Positions 1 to 10,113 of a stretch of 64,000 nt of DNA are shown here, piece by piece. This stretch comes from Geopsychrobacteraceae bacterium. GTDB taxonomy: Bacteria > Desulfobacterota > Desulfuromonadia > Desulfuromonadales > Geopsychrobacteraceae. The DNA lies in contig OY759353.1 in the NCBI GenBank assembly GCA_963662315.1, forward strand, positions 1,280,001 to 1,344,000. Direction: 5' to 3'. The position numbers and the translations under genes are program-made. Position 1 is the first letter of the stretch. Each line of letters starts with the position of its first letter. The notes under the pieces are model-generated. The model was given only the letters and a program-made list of their open reading frames with translations, was not told the origin of the DNA and ran no database searches.

Positions 1-749
1 ATCCGCGCTTTAACAATTTTCAAATCAAACTGAAGAGATGCAGCATGGCTGGCGATCGCTGCGACAGAGTCATCTTCTGCGGCTAACTGGGCTGCAGCAC
101 CGGTGCTTGAGACATCCATCTGGGGAATATCAGACATATTGGTATCCAGCCAGCGTCGGCACTGAACAAGGGCCTGAGGATGGGAAACAATTTTACTGAT
201 ATGTGCAGGATCTCCGGACTTCGATAACAGATTATGGCTTATTTCCAGCATGATCTCGGCAATAATCTTGAGTTCTGAACCAACGAACATGTCGAGAGTA
301 TGATTGACAACACCTTCGGTTGAATTTTCCACCGGGACAACCCCGTAATGGGCACGCCCCCGCTCTACCTCTTCAAACACAGCGGGAATACTTTTCATCG
401 GTACCAGCTGGGCAGACAGCCCGAACTGCTGCATGGCCGCCTGGTGGGTAAAGGTCGATTGTGGCCCTAAAAACGCAACCTGCATCGGCATTTCCATATT
501 TAACGAGGCAGAAATAATTTCTCTGAAGACTTTGCACACAGCATGATTGGGAAATGGTCCGGGGTTACTGGCGGTTAATCGCTCGTAAATCGCTTTTTCA
601 CGACTGGGAACGTAAAAAGCACTATTCTCCCCCTGCTTAGCCCTGCCAACTTCAAGAACAATCCGAGCACGCTGGTTTAGCAGATCAAGAATATGATCAT
701 CTATGCCGTCAATCTGTTCACGCAATTTCGACAGTTCAATTTTCGCCAT
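1..749 (-). CDS. pheA: Bifunctional chorismate mutase/prephenate dehydratase (P-protein), 3' end outside window
   Basis: Not in the ORF track. Manual translation from ATG at 749 gives MAKIELSKLREQIDGIDDHILDLLNQRA...VAFLGPQSTFTHQAA...GVVPVENSTEGVV (AroQ-type CM followed by PDT motifs); AAGGA RBS upstream. Confidence 0.93.
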   Translation of the reverse strand, partial: MAKIELSKLREQIDGIDDHILDLLNQRARIVLEVGRAKQGENSAFYVPSREKAIYERLTASNPGPFPNHAVCKVFREIISASLNMEMPMQVAFLGPQSTFTHQAAMQQFGLSAQLVPMKSIPAVFEEVERGRAHYGVVPVENSTEGVVNHTLDMFVGSELKIIAEIMLEISHNLLSKSGDPAHISKIVSHPQALVQCRRWLDTNMSDIPQMDVSSTGAAAQLAAEDDSVAAIASHAASLQFDLKIVKAR

Positions 750-852
750 GGTTATCAATATCCTTTTGAAAGTAAATTGGAAGCAGGAATGTAGCTTAAT
801 CAGCAACAAAAATCAATTTACCTCATTTAATAAGTAAGACCAAGAAAGCGCC

Positions 853-881
853 TTGACCACTGCGAACGGTGACGCTAAACT
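853..881 (+). promoter_or_regulatory. Putative sigma70 promoter for the aminotransferase
   Basis: TTGACC-17 nt-TAAACT. Confidence 0.5.
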
Positions 882-937
882 CGCCTGTCTATCAAAAAAC
901 AACCTAACAAAGCTGCTTTATAGATAAGGAACATATC

Positions 938-2128
938 ATGCCGATCGCAAAGAAAATTCAGGGGTATCTGGAAAACGGTTCCTGGATAAGAAAGATGTTT
1001 GAAGAAGGTAACAAACTCAGGGCCCAGTATGGTGATGAAAATGTTTTTGACTTTTCCATCGGAAGCCCGGCAACCGAACCACCTGAAGAATTTCAAACCA
1101 GATTTCGGCAAATTGCCAACCAGCCCATTCCAGGTATGCATCGTTACATGAGTAATGCCGGTTACGAAGAAACGCGTGCTGCCGTAGCCTCAGCCATAAA
1201 TAAGCGCTGCAGCCAGACGCTCACCGCCAACCACATCGTTATGTCATGTGGAGCCGGTGCGGTACTCAATGTTGTGCTGAAGACCATCCTCAACGCAGGG
1301 GATGAAGTCATTGTCCTTAGCCCATACTTTGTTGATTATCTGTTCTATACCGACAACCATGGCGGAGTTCCGGTCATCGTCAAAACCGATGCATCATTTC
1401 AGCCCGACCTGTCTGCCATTGAAGCGGCAATCACCGAAAAAACCAGGGCTATCCTGATCAATTCCCCGAACAATCCGACCGGTGTCATCTACCCTGCCGA
1501 GACACTGTCCAAAATTGGCGACCTGCTGGCACGCAAGGAACAGGAACTGGGCACGACAATCATTGCCATTTCAGACGAACCATATGCCAAAATCAGCTAT
1601 GGCAAGCATGTTCCCTGTATTTTTGACTGCATCGCCAACTCGGTCATCGTTACGTCCCACTCCAAGGACCTGTCCCTGCCCGGGGAACGGATCGGCTACC
1701 TTGCCGCGAATCCTCGCTTGAAAGATGTCGGTTTATTCATGCACGGTGCCGTATTTTCCAACCGGGTACTGGGCTTCATTAACGCCCCGGCCCTGATGCA
1801 GCGTCTGGTCACTGACCTGCAGGATGCCAGTGTTGATGTCGAAGCCTACCGCCGCAAGCGTGATCTGTTTTACAACAAACTGACTGAGCTTGGCTTTGAA
1901 TGTGTTAAGCCAGAGGGGGCTTTTTACCTGTTTCCAAAAGTTCCTATTGCTGATGAAATGGAATTTGTCCGCAAGGCCCAGGAGTATCGAATCCTGATCG
2001 TTCCTGGAAGTGGCTTTGGAGGACCAGGATATTTCCGCATTGCCTACTGCGCCGATGAAAAGACCATCGAGCGCAGCTTTCCGCTGTGGGAGCAGTTGGC
2101 CGCTGAACTTGGATTGACCAAAAACTGA
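938..2128 (+). CDS. PLP-dependent class I/II aminotransferase (aspartate aminotransferase-like)
   Basis: INSPNNPTG, ISDEPY, SHSKDLSLPGERIGY (PLP lysine), PEGAFYLF. Confidence 0.92.
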   Translation: MPIAKKIQGYLENGSWIRKMFEEGNKLRAQYGDENVFDFSIGSPATEPPEEFQTRFRQIANQPIPGMHRYMSNAGYEETRAAVASAINKRCSQTLTANHIVMSCGAGAVLNVVLKTILNAGDEVIVLSPYFVDYLFYTDNHGGVPVIVKTDASFQPDLSAIEAAITEKTRAILINSPNNPTGVIYPAETLSKIGDLLARKEQELGTTIIAISDEPYAKISYGKHVPCIFDCIANSVIVTSHSKDLSLPGERIGYLAANPRLKDVGLFMHGAVFSNRVLGFINAPALMQRLVTDLQDASVDVEAYRRKRDLFYNKLTELGFECVKPEGAFYLFPKVPIADEMEFVRKAQEYRILIVPGSGFGGPGYFRIAYCADEKTIERSFPLWEQLAAELGLTKN

Positions 2129-2183
2129 TTTAACGAGCGGCAAAAGTATCACACATATAGTGAGATTTTGCCGCTCGTTAAAT
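2128..2183. terminator. 18-bp perfect inverted repeat between convergent genes (probable bidirectional terminator/hairpin)
   Basis: ATTTAACGAGCGGCAAAA-20 nt-TTTTGCCGCTCGTTAAAT. Confidence 0.6.
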
Positions 2184-2226
2184 GATCTTGCTATCAATTT
2201 CCCCCACACACTGATACCGCGCACAG

Positions 2227-3477
2227 TTAAAAGCGAATACTCTGAAAGATCCGCTCCCCTGCCCTGACATCAAAAGGGGCCAAAGGCAACGATCTGCTGA
2301 CCTCTGCAGGCTTAGCCTCGGCAAACGTCACTTGCAGTTCATGATGCCCTACAGAAAGAGGAATGCGAAGCAACGTCAAACGACCCGGCAAGGTCTGCCA
2401 ATAACGAACGTCAGGCTCTTCCAACAATAACAAACCCAGGCGGACTGCAACTTCAGCAATATCTCCCTGTTTATTCCCAACCGCCTGACTGATCGCCTCT
2501 TTGGTGGCAGCTCGCGCGGTCTCTTTTATGATAATTCTGGCTCGGCGTTCCTCTAATGCGGCCCTGGCAACACCAGCCATATCGGTTGAAATAACCGGCA
2601 ATTCACTCGTCCCTAAAGGACGTACGTCAAGAGGATAAAGTGGCGTCATGGAATCACGGTAATAGGGAAAAGAAAATCTGATTGAAGGCGGCAGAACCAC
2701 ATTCCCTGGCAGTTTTTCCGGGATTCTACCATTCGCAATAAACAAGACCAATTCAGCCTTAGCGTTGACAAGGGGCCTTTTTATAAAAGGCTGGTATTGA
2801 TCGACCTCATCAGACATTCCAAGTCGACTGGCCAACTGAACCAGATCTGCGGCGACCGGAGTCGGATCGGACAGGACGTCGGCGAGTTTGCGATACTCTA
2901 TATACGCACCATTATTATCACCAACGTTGGCAAAGCATAGTGCTACCAACGCACGGGTAAAGAACGTCTGTTTCAAGCTATCGGGATGGTTATCAACTAG
3001 CTTCAGGGCACGTTTTGCCTCAACAAGAGCCTCGTCAAACTGGCCCAGCTGAAGAAAATCCATCATCAGATAGGTATGAACCCAAAGCCGCTCACTGGAC
3101 TCACCCTTGTAGCGGGTCAGCCATTCAGTCGTTACCAGCGAACTGGTCTGTTCAGAAATGCTGATGACTTCGTACTGTTCAATCAATGCTGCAGCCTCAA
3201 GCAGCACATCGATACTGCGCTGAAACTCGCCGATATCGTGGTAAATCACCCCCTGCTCCATCAGGAAAAGCAGAAGGTTGCGCTGACCGAGGTTATCCCC
3301 TTTGGCAAGGATAGCCAAGGCGTCATGAGGCTGGCCAGCGTAGTAACTACCGGCCGCCTGATTAAGGCGACCGGCACAACCACTCAGCTGCATCATAAAC
3401 AGGACAAACAGCAGCAGACGCACAACGCTAAACAGTGGCCCTACAGTGCTTTTTTTCAAAAAAAAGAAAGGCTCCAT
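2227..3477 (-). CDS. COG3014-like TPR lipoprotein
   Basis: Lipobox LSGC, helical TPR-like N-half, 'Y.GE..ER...H', 'PDVRYWQTLPG' near the C-terminus. Confidence 0.7.
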   Translation of the reverse strand: MEPFFFLKKSTVGPLFSVVRLLLFVLFMMQLSGCAGRLNQAAGSYYAGQPHDALAILAKGDNLGQRNLLLFLMEQGVIYHDIGEFQRSIDVLLEAAALIEQYEVISISEQTSSLVTTEWLTRYKGESSERLWVHTYLMMDFLQLGQFDEALVEAKRALKLVDNHPDSLKQTFFTRALVALCFANVGDNNGAYIEYRKLADVLSDPTPVAADLVQLASRLGMSDEVDQYQPFIKRPLVNAKAELVLFIANGRIPEKLPGNVVLPPSIRFSFPYYRDSMTPLYPLDVRPLGTSELPVISTDMAGVARAALEERRARIIIKETARAATKEAISQAVGNKQGDIAEVAVRLGLLLLEEPDVRYWQTLPGRLTLLRIPLSVGHHELQVTFAEAKPAEVSRSLPLAPFDVRAGERIFQSIRF

Positions 3478-3489
3478 CCTGAGAAATCA

Positions 3490-4101
3490 TCACCAACCAA
3501 TAAAAGGTTTTGATGCTTCCCGGATGATCTCGGTGCTGTCAGCCCACTCAATCAGGCCCGTCTGGATATCGGTCAGCTCAAGGTTCAGACTGTAGTACAT
3601 GAGAGTTTTCTTTTTAAAACGCACCTGTCTGGGTTGCTCTTTCTCCATAGACCTTAGGGTTCCGGTCAACATGTACTTTGCCCCAATCTGGCGTGCTCTG
3701 GCAATACGGGTTTCAGCCGCGACATTGCCTCCATACTGATAGCTGGTTTCGCGTTCAATGTTTTCGCGTTGTGTTTCATTAACAAAACGCACCCGCCCGC
3801 TCTGTAGCAGCGCCTGCCGAATATCATCGGTAATCGCGCTGGTGCTGATATGTTCAGTGGTGCGGTTTGCGATCCCGTAAACAATGACAACCGGACGATC
3901 AGTCGACCGATCAAGCGGATATTTTCCCAATAACGATTGCACCATATCAGCAACAATCGCCTTCTTATCGGAAAAATGATAACCTTCGTCGTAAATGACC
4001 TTCTCATCCGAACTGACTTCGCGCGTGGTCACTGTGCATCCGGAAAGAGTCATCAGCAGCACAGCCATAACCAGCAATACCGACCAATATGTTTTTTTCA
4101 T
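3490..4101 (-). CDS. LpoB-like (penicillin-binding protein activator family) lipoprotein
   Basis: Start moved to MKKTYW after GGAGGTGG RBS; lipobox LSGC; 'IANRTTEHI', 'GAKYMLTG', 'LELTDIQTGLIEW'. Confidence 0.75.
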   Translation of the reverse strand: MKKTYWSVLLVMAVLLMTLSGCTVTTREVSSDEKVIYDEGYHFSDKKAIVADMVQSLLGKYPLDRSTDRPVVIVYGIANRTTEHISTSAITDDIRQALLQSGRVRFVNETQRENIERETSYQYGGNVAAETRIARARQIGAKYMLTGTLRSMEKEQPRQVRFKKKTLMYYSLNLELTDIQTGLIEWADSTEIIREASKPFIGW

Positions 4102-4187
4102 TATATCCACCTCCGTTACGGGATAGTAATTAAACATTAAGGGTACTTCAGAAAAACTATTATCTCAAGTCTACCTAACGTATCCCT

Positions 4188-6338
4188 CTAATATTTTTTA
4201 AGTTGCCAGCAGTTATGAATTCGTGGGTTACGCTCAAAGTCCAAGGGCAGCGTTTTGACTGTAATGTCCTCAATCTCAAACTCATTCAACTGTTCTTTAT
4301 CAATGCGGAACTTGCGCAGATTGTTGGAAAAAATCAGCACGCCGTCGTCAGCCAGCAAACGTCCCACCTTGTTAAGTAACGCCACATGATCACGCTGAAT
4401 ATCAAACGTCCCCTGCATACCTTTGGAATTTGAAAAGGTCGGCGGATCGAGAAAAATAAGGTCATAGGTCCCTTGAGCATGATCAAGCCAGGTCAGGCAA
4501 TCAGCCTGAATGAGTTCCTGCCGGTCAGGGTCAAAACCATTCAGGGAGATATTCTTCTTCGCCCACTCCAGGTAGGTTCGCGACATATCGACGGTTGTCG
4601 TTGCTAACGCGCCACCTTTCAGAGCATGGACCGTTGCCGCACCGGTATAGGCAAACAGGTTAAGAAAACGCTTCCCCTCTGCCAGCGACTGGACGAGCTG
4701 GCGGGTTTGCCGATGATCGAGAAACAAACCGGTATCCAGATAGTCGGTCAGATTGACCAGAAAGCGACAATTCCCTTCTCTGACCTCTTTGAACACTCCT
4801 CGCTGGGCTTGCTTTTCATATTGCTGACTCCCTTTTTGTCGCTGGCGGACCTTCTGGTGAACCTTATCGGGAGCCAGATCAAGCACAAGAGGAACCGCAT
4901 CAACAACATCGCGATAACGCTGGGCCGCTTTGTTTTCATCAACCTTACTGGGAGCACGATACTCCTGCAGGTGGACTTCGTCACCGTAAACATCAACAGC
5001 AACAGCATATTCAGGGAGATCCGCATCATATAAACGGTAACAATCAAGCTCTTGCTGTTTCGCCCACTTGCCGTATTTTTTTAGATTTTTGCGCAGGCGA
5101 TTGGCAAACATTTCAGCTTCGGGCGAAAGCTTTTTCTTAACAGCCTTCCCCGCACCATCGTCAAGAGAACGCCAATGATTGTCGTCATTCACATCGAACT
5201 GTAGTAGCTGACACTTAAGAGCTCCATTGTAAAGAACATTAATTTTGTCAGCCCGCAAGCCGATACTCCGACCCAGCTGCGGATTGGAGGTAATAACACC
5301 AGCTTTCCAGCCGCGACAGTAGGTTGCGAGCCTTTCGCCCAGAAGATTATACAGCGCGGGCAACTCAGAATCCTTTCCCAACCGTTCACCATAAGGAGGG
5401 TTGGCAACCAGCAGACCGGTGGAAACTGCCGCTGGCGGCATAAGCTCGCGCAACGTTCGACGTTCAAAGTGAATCAGCTTATCAAGGCCAGCATTACGAG
5501 CATGCTGCCAGGCGGCCTTAATCGCCCGGCTATCACTATCGTAACCAAGAATGATGACGGAGGCCCTCGCCCTCGCCTCCAGATAACGCTCCTGCGCAGC
5601 AATCAGCAGGCGCTGCCACAAATCAGCATCATGCTGTTTCCACCCCAGAAAGCCATAGTAACGCCGGTTCAGTCCTGGAGCGCAGTCTGTGGCCATCAGA
5701 GCAGCTTCCAGGGGTAACGTTCCGGAACCGCACATAGGGTCAATAAACGCCCCACCCTGAGCACAAATTTCCGGCCATCCGGAACGAATCAGTATAGCTG
5801 CGGCAAGATTTTCTTTGAGGGGGGCATGAACGCCATCGATACGGTAACTGCGCTTGTGCAGGCTGTCCCCAGATAAATCGATGGATACGGTTGCCTGATC
5901 TTTATGGATATGCAGATTGATACGCACCGCAGGTTCATCGGTATCAACGCCAGGACGTTCCCCACAACGGGAACGGAACTGATCAACGATGGCATCTTTG
6001 AGTTTCAACGCGGCAAAGCGTGAATGGTTTATGGCAGAGGCAATAAGACTACAGTCGACAGCAAAGCTGTCTGTCACAGTGAAATGCTCAGTCCAGTCAA
6101 TCTGGCTGGCACCAGCATAGAGTTGCTCTGGGGATTTGGCCTCAAAACTGGTGAGCGGCAACAGGACCCTGCTTGCCAAGCGTGACCATAAACAGACACT
6201 GTAAGCCATTTTCAGGTCGCCGGAAAAACGTACTCCGGCACGCTCCTGCTTAACCTCCGATGCCCCAAGCTGGACAAGTTCCTCAGCCAATAACGGTTCT
6301 AAACCAAGGGCAGCAGTTGCAAAAAAATTTGTACTCAT
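4188..6338 (-). CDS. rlmKL: Bifunctional 23S rRNA m2G2445/m7G2069 methyltransferase
   Basis: THUMP domain + DPMCGSGT/NPPYGERL (RlmL) fused to YRLYDADLPEY...TGLFLDHR...LNLFAYTG...DPPTFSNSK (RlmK). Confidence 0.95.
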   Translation of the reverse strand: MSTNFFATAALGLEPLLAEELVQLGASEVKQERAGVRFSGDLKMAYSVCLWSRLASRVLLPLTSFEAKSPEQLYAGASQIDWTEHFTVTDSFAVDCSLIASAINHSRFAALKLKDAIVDQFRSRCGERPGVDTDEPAVRINLHIHKDQATVSIDLSGDSLHKRSYRIDGVHAPLKENLAAAILIRSGWPEICAQGGAFIDPMCGSGTLPLEAALMATDCAPGLNRRYYGFLGWKQHDADLWQRLLIAAQERYLEARARASVIILGYDSDSRAIKAAWQHARNAGLDKLIHFERRTLRELMPPAAVSTGLLVANPPYGERLGKDSELPALYNLLGERLATYCRGWKAGVITSNPQLGRSIGLRADKINVLYNGALKCQLLQFDVNDDNHWRSLDDGAGKAVKKKLSPEAEMFANRLRKNLKKYGKWAKQQELDCYRLYDADLPEYAVAVDVYGDEVHLQEYRAPSKVDENKAAQRYRDVVDAVPLVLDLAPDKVHQKVRQRQKGSQQYEKQAQRGVFKEVREGNCRFLVNLTDYLDTGLFLDHRQTRQLVQSLAEGKRFLNLFAYTGAATVHALKGGALATTTVDMSRTYLEWAKKNISLNGFDPDRQELIQADCLTWLDHAQGTYDLIFLDPPTFSNSKGMQGTFDIQRDHVALLNKVGRLLADDGVLIFSNNLRKFRIDKEQLNEFEIEDITVKTLPLDFERNPRIHNCWQLKKY

Positions 6339-6433
6339 AAATCTCTTTCTTCATCCAGATGGATAAATATTGATGCAACAGCTTCAACCGCCGTTGCATA
6401 TAATCAGTAGCTGTGTTCTAACAGCTGACCACG

Positions 6434-6461
6434 AAAAAGGGACGGAAAAAATATCCGTCCC
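6434..6461 (-). terminator. Intrinsic terminator after the M16 peptidase gene
   Basis: GGGACGGA/TCCGTCCC stem followed by a T-tract on the minus strand. Confidence 0.6.
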
Positions 6462-6494
6462 AAAATTATACTCCATCTATCACGGAGCCGGTTA

Positions 6495-9443
6495 TCAGAT
6501 TTTCTCAAGTGTCAGAGGTAAATCGAGCTCAGTATTGGCCTTCTGCAAGGCCCCTTCACTAGCGAGCACGGCCACCGAACTCCCCCCCTGTTTCAGATAC
6601 AGCTCCGCAACACGTTGCAGATCCGCCCTGGTCACTGTCAGTAGTTGCTTGCGCATTTGATTGCGCATTTCCAGGGTCATCTGCTGGCGGCGATTAGCAA
6701 ACTCATGAGACCCCATTCCCGCCGGTGACAGTGGTTTATCAAGATCACTGAAAACAGCGATAATAGCCTCGGTCACAGATTCATCAGAAAAACCGCCAGC
6801 CACAACCCACTCGACAGCATCGTCATAAACTTTTAGCGTCCGTACCAATTGTGGATCCCGGTAAGACAACATACTGAACAGACCTGATTCCGAATTATAA
6901 CCAGCAAGGCCGCCATAGGCCCCACCTTTTTCACGGATTTCCCGATGCAAATATTCAGCACGCATCAGTTTGGACAAAACCGTCAGGGCAGCGCTGTCAG
7001 CATGGACAAAAGGAACGGCCCGGAAGACTTTGGCGACGTAGTTGACCGGTATCGACCACACCAGCCCCAAGGACTCTGGTTCGCTGTTAAATTTTGCTCC
7101 GCTCGAAAGGTTGTTAATCGGATTGCTGGCTAGATCATTGAGCAGCGCAGCCAGAGGCCTGGCGAAGACCTGGAAGTTATCCCTTTCAACCGTCACTCCC
7201 GTCTGAACACATGCTTTGTTAAAAAGAGCAGTTCTCAGTTTGTCCAACGCGCCAGCAAATTCAGTCAGCTCCTCTGTAGCTTTCCCGGCCAACTCTTTAA
7301 CCAGGGCGATCTGACTAAGCCCAGACCATTCTTCACGCAGCCTACCTGCGGCAGACAGGGAAGCAGCGGCACGCCGCGCAGCATAGGAATGACCAGCTTG
7401 TGGTACCGAGTTTTCCAAAGAGACCTTCAGTTGTTTAAGAACGGTACTCAACCGCTGCAGGTCACTGAAGTCGGGCGTCAGAATGATATCCCTGAGCAGA
7501 CCCAGCAGCGCGTCAGCGTGACGTACCAAAGACTTCCCTTTGACTTCAAAACCCGGGTAACTCAGGTTGATATCCAGAGGGCTGTCCAGCAATGCGGTCC
7601 GCCCCGATATTCCGCCACTGACAGCTTCGATCTGTTCTGCCATCTCCAGGTAACTGCGCCCACCGGCCCCGACCTGAGTCAGCAGACTGCCGAAAATCGG
7701 CAGGTAAAGCATCTGTTTTTCATCCAGGCCACCAAGATCAAAATGTAATGACACCACACCAATACCATTGGTCGGCTGATCGAACCAATACTGCTTAATC
7801 CCGTTTAGGTCGCCGCTGTCACATGCAATGGCATGCTCTTCCGGTGGAATGTCGCTCAATTCCAGAGTAGGCAGGCAGGATAGATCTTCCGGTCCTTCCT
7901 GCGCGTTTTTAAGTTCAACGGCACGTTGAATCAACTGATCTTTTTCAGCATCGGTCAACCCCTGAGCAATGGTATCCAGTTGCTTTTGGGTATCGGCTTC
8001 CTGACGTGGACCCAGATCATGATCCGGTTTCAACAATAAGGTGATGCGATGGGGATTCTCAAGCAGGTAGGTCCGGATCAATGTTTCGAAATAGGGGCCC
8101 TTGTCCAGTTCAGAGCGAAGTCTGGCGAGGTTTTCATCAAAAGCCAGGACAGATTTGGGATCACCGCCATGAATCCACGGACCTATCAACTTCATCAGCA
8201 GCAGCAACCCATAAGGATAGCTGTCCCCGGTAACTTCCCGGTTACTGAACTCAAGACGATGAATGGCTCCCTCGATACGTTCTTTGGAAAACCCTTCGTT
8301 CGCGATTTGAGTCAAGGTATTCAGAATTAATTCCTCAATAGCTTCCAGCTTATCCGGATCAGTCCCCTGCAAGCCAGCAGCAAAGAATGTTGTCCGGTTA
8401 TCATCATGGTAACCACTTCCTGGCGCCAGATTGGCGCCCAGGCCAGAATCCAGAAGCGCCTTATACAAAGGTGCGGCTGGATTACCAAGGAGCAGGGTGG
8501 ACAACAGCGACAAGGATAACTGTTCAAAGCTGTCATTGATATCACAGCACAACCAGCCAAGCTGTACCATGGAACGTTTTTCCAGTGGTTCGCCCGCATC
8601 AAGAGGATAAAGCTCCGTCACCTTCTGCGGTCCGGAAAGACGCATTTCCAGGGGGACCTCGCTGTCAAGATCAAGCCGCTCAAACTGCTTCAGGACTCGG
8701 TCCTCTACTATTTCCAGAATTTCAGCAAGATCAAGGTTGCCTGCCGTATAGAACCAGGCGTTACTAGGATGATAATAACTCGCGTGAAAATCCCTGAGCT
8801 GCTGCCAGGTCAGCTTGGGAATGTCTTCCGGTTCACCACCAGAATTGTGCCTATAGGTGGTAGTCGGGAACAGGTGCTTGTCCATACGCCGCGACAACAA
8901 CCCGGACGGATCAGACATGGCTCCCTTCATTTCGTTATACACAACGCCCTTGTATTCCAGAGGAGATTCAGGATTTTCCATATCGGAAAATTCCAGGCGA
9001 TGCCCTTCCTGACTGAAGTCACGCTCGGTGATACGCGGGAAGAAAGCCGCATCCAGATAAATATCAAGAAGATTGAAAAAATCCTTACGGTTCATACTGG
9101 AAAAGGGATAAACCGTCCAGTCACTGGCCGTCATGGCATTCATAAAACTGTTTAGGCTACGCTTGAGCATAGAGAAGAACGGGTCCCGCACCGGGTATCG
9201 CTGGGAACCGCACAAAACCGTATGTTCAAGAATGTGAGCAACCCCGGTAGAGTCATCAGGCGGAGTTCTGAAGCCAACAGAAAACAGATGATTATCATCA
9301 TCACGGTCAAGGTGCATGAAGCGTGCACCGGTCTGCTGATGGGTAAGGCGAATCATGGTTGCATTAATGGCAGGCAGCACATCAATACTATCGACAATAA
9401 AACCAGACAGTTGTTGTCCCAAGGCAAATTTATTCTTCATCAT
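6495..9443 (-). CDS. Insulinase family (M16C) zinc metallopeptidase, presequence-protease-like
   Basis: HILEHTVLCGS (HXXEH), 'GVVYNEMKG', 'REIREKGGAYG', 'SYRDP'; start could be 9455, 9443 or 9440. Confidence 0.92.
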   Translation of the reverse strand: MMKNKFALGQQLSGFIVDSIDVLPAINATMIRLTHQQTGARFMHLDRDDDNHLFSVGFRTPPDDSTGVAHILEHTVLCGSQRYPVRDPFFSMLKRSLNSFMNAMTASDWTVYPFSSMNRKDFFNLLDIYLDAAFFPRITERDFSQEGHRLEFSDMENPESPLEYKGVVYNEMKGAMSDPSGLLSRRMDKHLFPTTTYRHNSGGEPEDIPKLTWQQLRDFHASYYHPSNAWFYTAGNLDLAEILEIVEDRVLKQFERLDLDSEVPLEMRLSGPQKVTELYPLDAGEPLEKRSMVQLGWLCCDINDSFEQLSLSLLSTLLLGNPAAPLYKALLDSGLGANLAPGSGYHDDNRTTFFAAGLQGTDPDKLEAIEELILNTLTQIANEGFSKERIEGAIHRLEFSNREVTGDSYPYGLLLLMKLIGPWIHGGDPKSVLAFDENLARLRSELDKGPYFETLIRTYLLENPHRITLLLKPDHDLGPRQEADTQKQLDTIAQGLTDAEKDQLIQRAVELKNAQEGPEDLSCLPTLELSDIPPEEHAIACDSGDLNGIKQYWFDQPTNGIGVVSLHFDLGGLDEKQMLYLPIFGSLLTQVGAGGRSYLEMAEQIEAVSGGISGRTALLDSPLDINLSYPGFEVKGKSLVRHADALLGLLRDIILTPDFSDLQRLSTVLKQLKVSLENSVPQAGHSYAARRAAASLSAAGRLREEWSGLSQIALVKELAGKATEELTEFAGALDKLRTALFNKACVQTGVTVERDNFQVFARPLAALLNDLASNPINNLSSGAKFNSEPESLGLVWSIPVNYVAKVFRAVPFVHADSAALTVLSKLMRAEYLHREIREKGGAYGGLAGYNSESGLFSMLSYRDPQLVRTLKVYDDAVEWVVAGGFSDESVTEAIIAVFSDLDKPLSPAGMGSHEFANRRQQMTLEMRNQMRKQLLTVTRADLQRVAELYLKQGGSSVAVLASEGALQKANTELDLPLTLEKI

Positions 9444-9826
9444 AAAAGCATCCACTCATAAAAAATTTCGAACTTCCGAATTAGCTGCCAACCGGAAGCT
9501 CAAATTAGCAACTAGCAGGTATCCATACCGAAAACAAATTATCATAACATGAATAATAACCGACACAGGCTTATTTATCCAGCGTGCGACTATCATTCGT
9601 CAAAACAGCCTACTCTATACAACAAACGCTCTTCATCCTTTTTCCAACGCAGCGTGTGGACCATAGCTGATTATATAAAGAACTGCAACATTCTAAAAAA
9701 TAGTCACTTTCAGTGAAGGAGCCATTCTTAATGGACGATACTCCTGAAGAAAAAATGCTCAACACAAAAAAAATCACAAAAAAAAGATTGATCTTTTAGA
9801 AACAGCATGGTACCTATCTCCCCCGT

Positions 9827-9903
9827 CGGAGCGTAGCGCAGCCTGGTAGCGCGCCTGCTTTGGGAGCAGGATGTCGGAGGTTCGAATCCTCTCGCTCCGA
9901 CCA
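9827..9903 (+). tRNA. tRNA-Pro (TGG)
   Basis: CGGAGCGTAGCGCAGCCTGGTAGCGCGCCTGCTTTGGGAGCAGGATGTCGGAGGTTCGAATCCTCTCGCTCCGACCA; 77-nt cloverleaf, anticodon TGG, encoded CCA. Confidence 0.97.
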
Positions 9904-9915
9904 ATTAAAAATAAC

Positions 9916-9946
9916 AAAAGTCAGTCCCACTGGGGCTGACTTTTTT
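9916..9946 (+). terminator. Intrinsic terminator after tRNA-Pro
   Basis: AAAAGTCAGTCCC/GGGGCTGACTTTT hairpin plus T-tract. Confidence 0.7.
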
Positions 9947-10081
9947 ATTGTCATTTATCCGAAAGAAGATTCGAAGCGGAGTGAGCGCAGACTTAATGTC
10001 TGAAAAACGGCCAGGACGGCCGCATCAGCGAACGCAGGGGAGCCTACGCAGGTGCCCGCGTGATGCAGGTGACGAAGTAGG

Positions 10082-10105
10082 CGAATCCTCTCGCTCCGAC
10101 CAATT
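10082..10105 (+). repeat. 24-bp direct repeat of the tRNA-Pro 3' end (copy of 9883-9906)
   Basis: CGAATCCTCTCGCTCCGACCAATT occurs at both positions. Confidence 0.9.
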
Positions 10106-10113
10106 TTGCAAAT

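Noticed and set aside
3450..3465. T7/A8 homopolymer runs at the 5' end of the COG3014 gene as a phase-variation tract
   Set aside because: Runs are short, the frame is intact, and similar runs are common throughout the window
9731..9799. 22-codon ORF (MDDTPEEKML...) behind AAGGAG upstream of tRNA-Pro
   Set aside because: Runs through A-tracts and the probable tRNA promoter; no recognisable protein features
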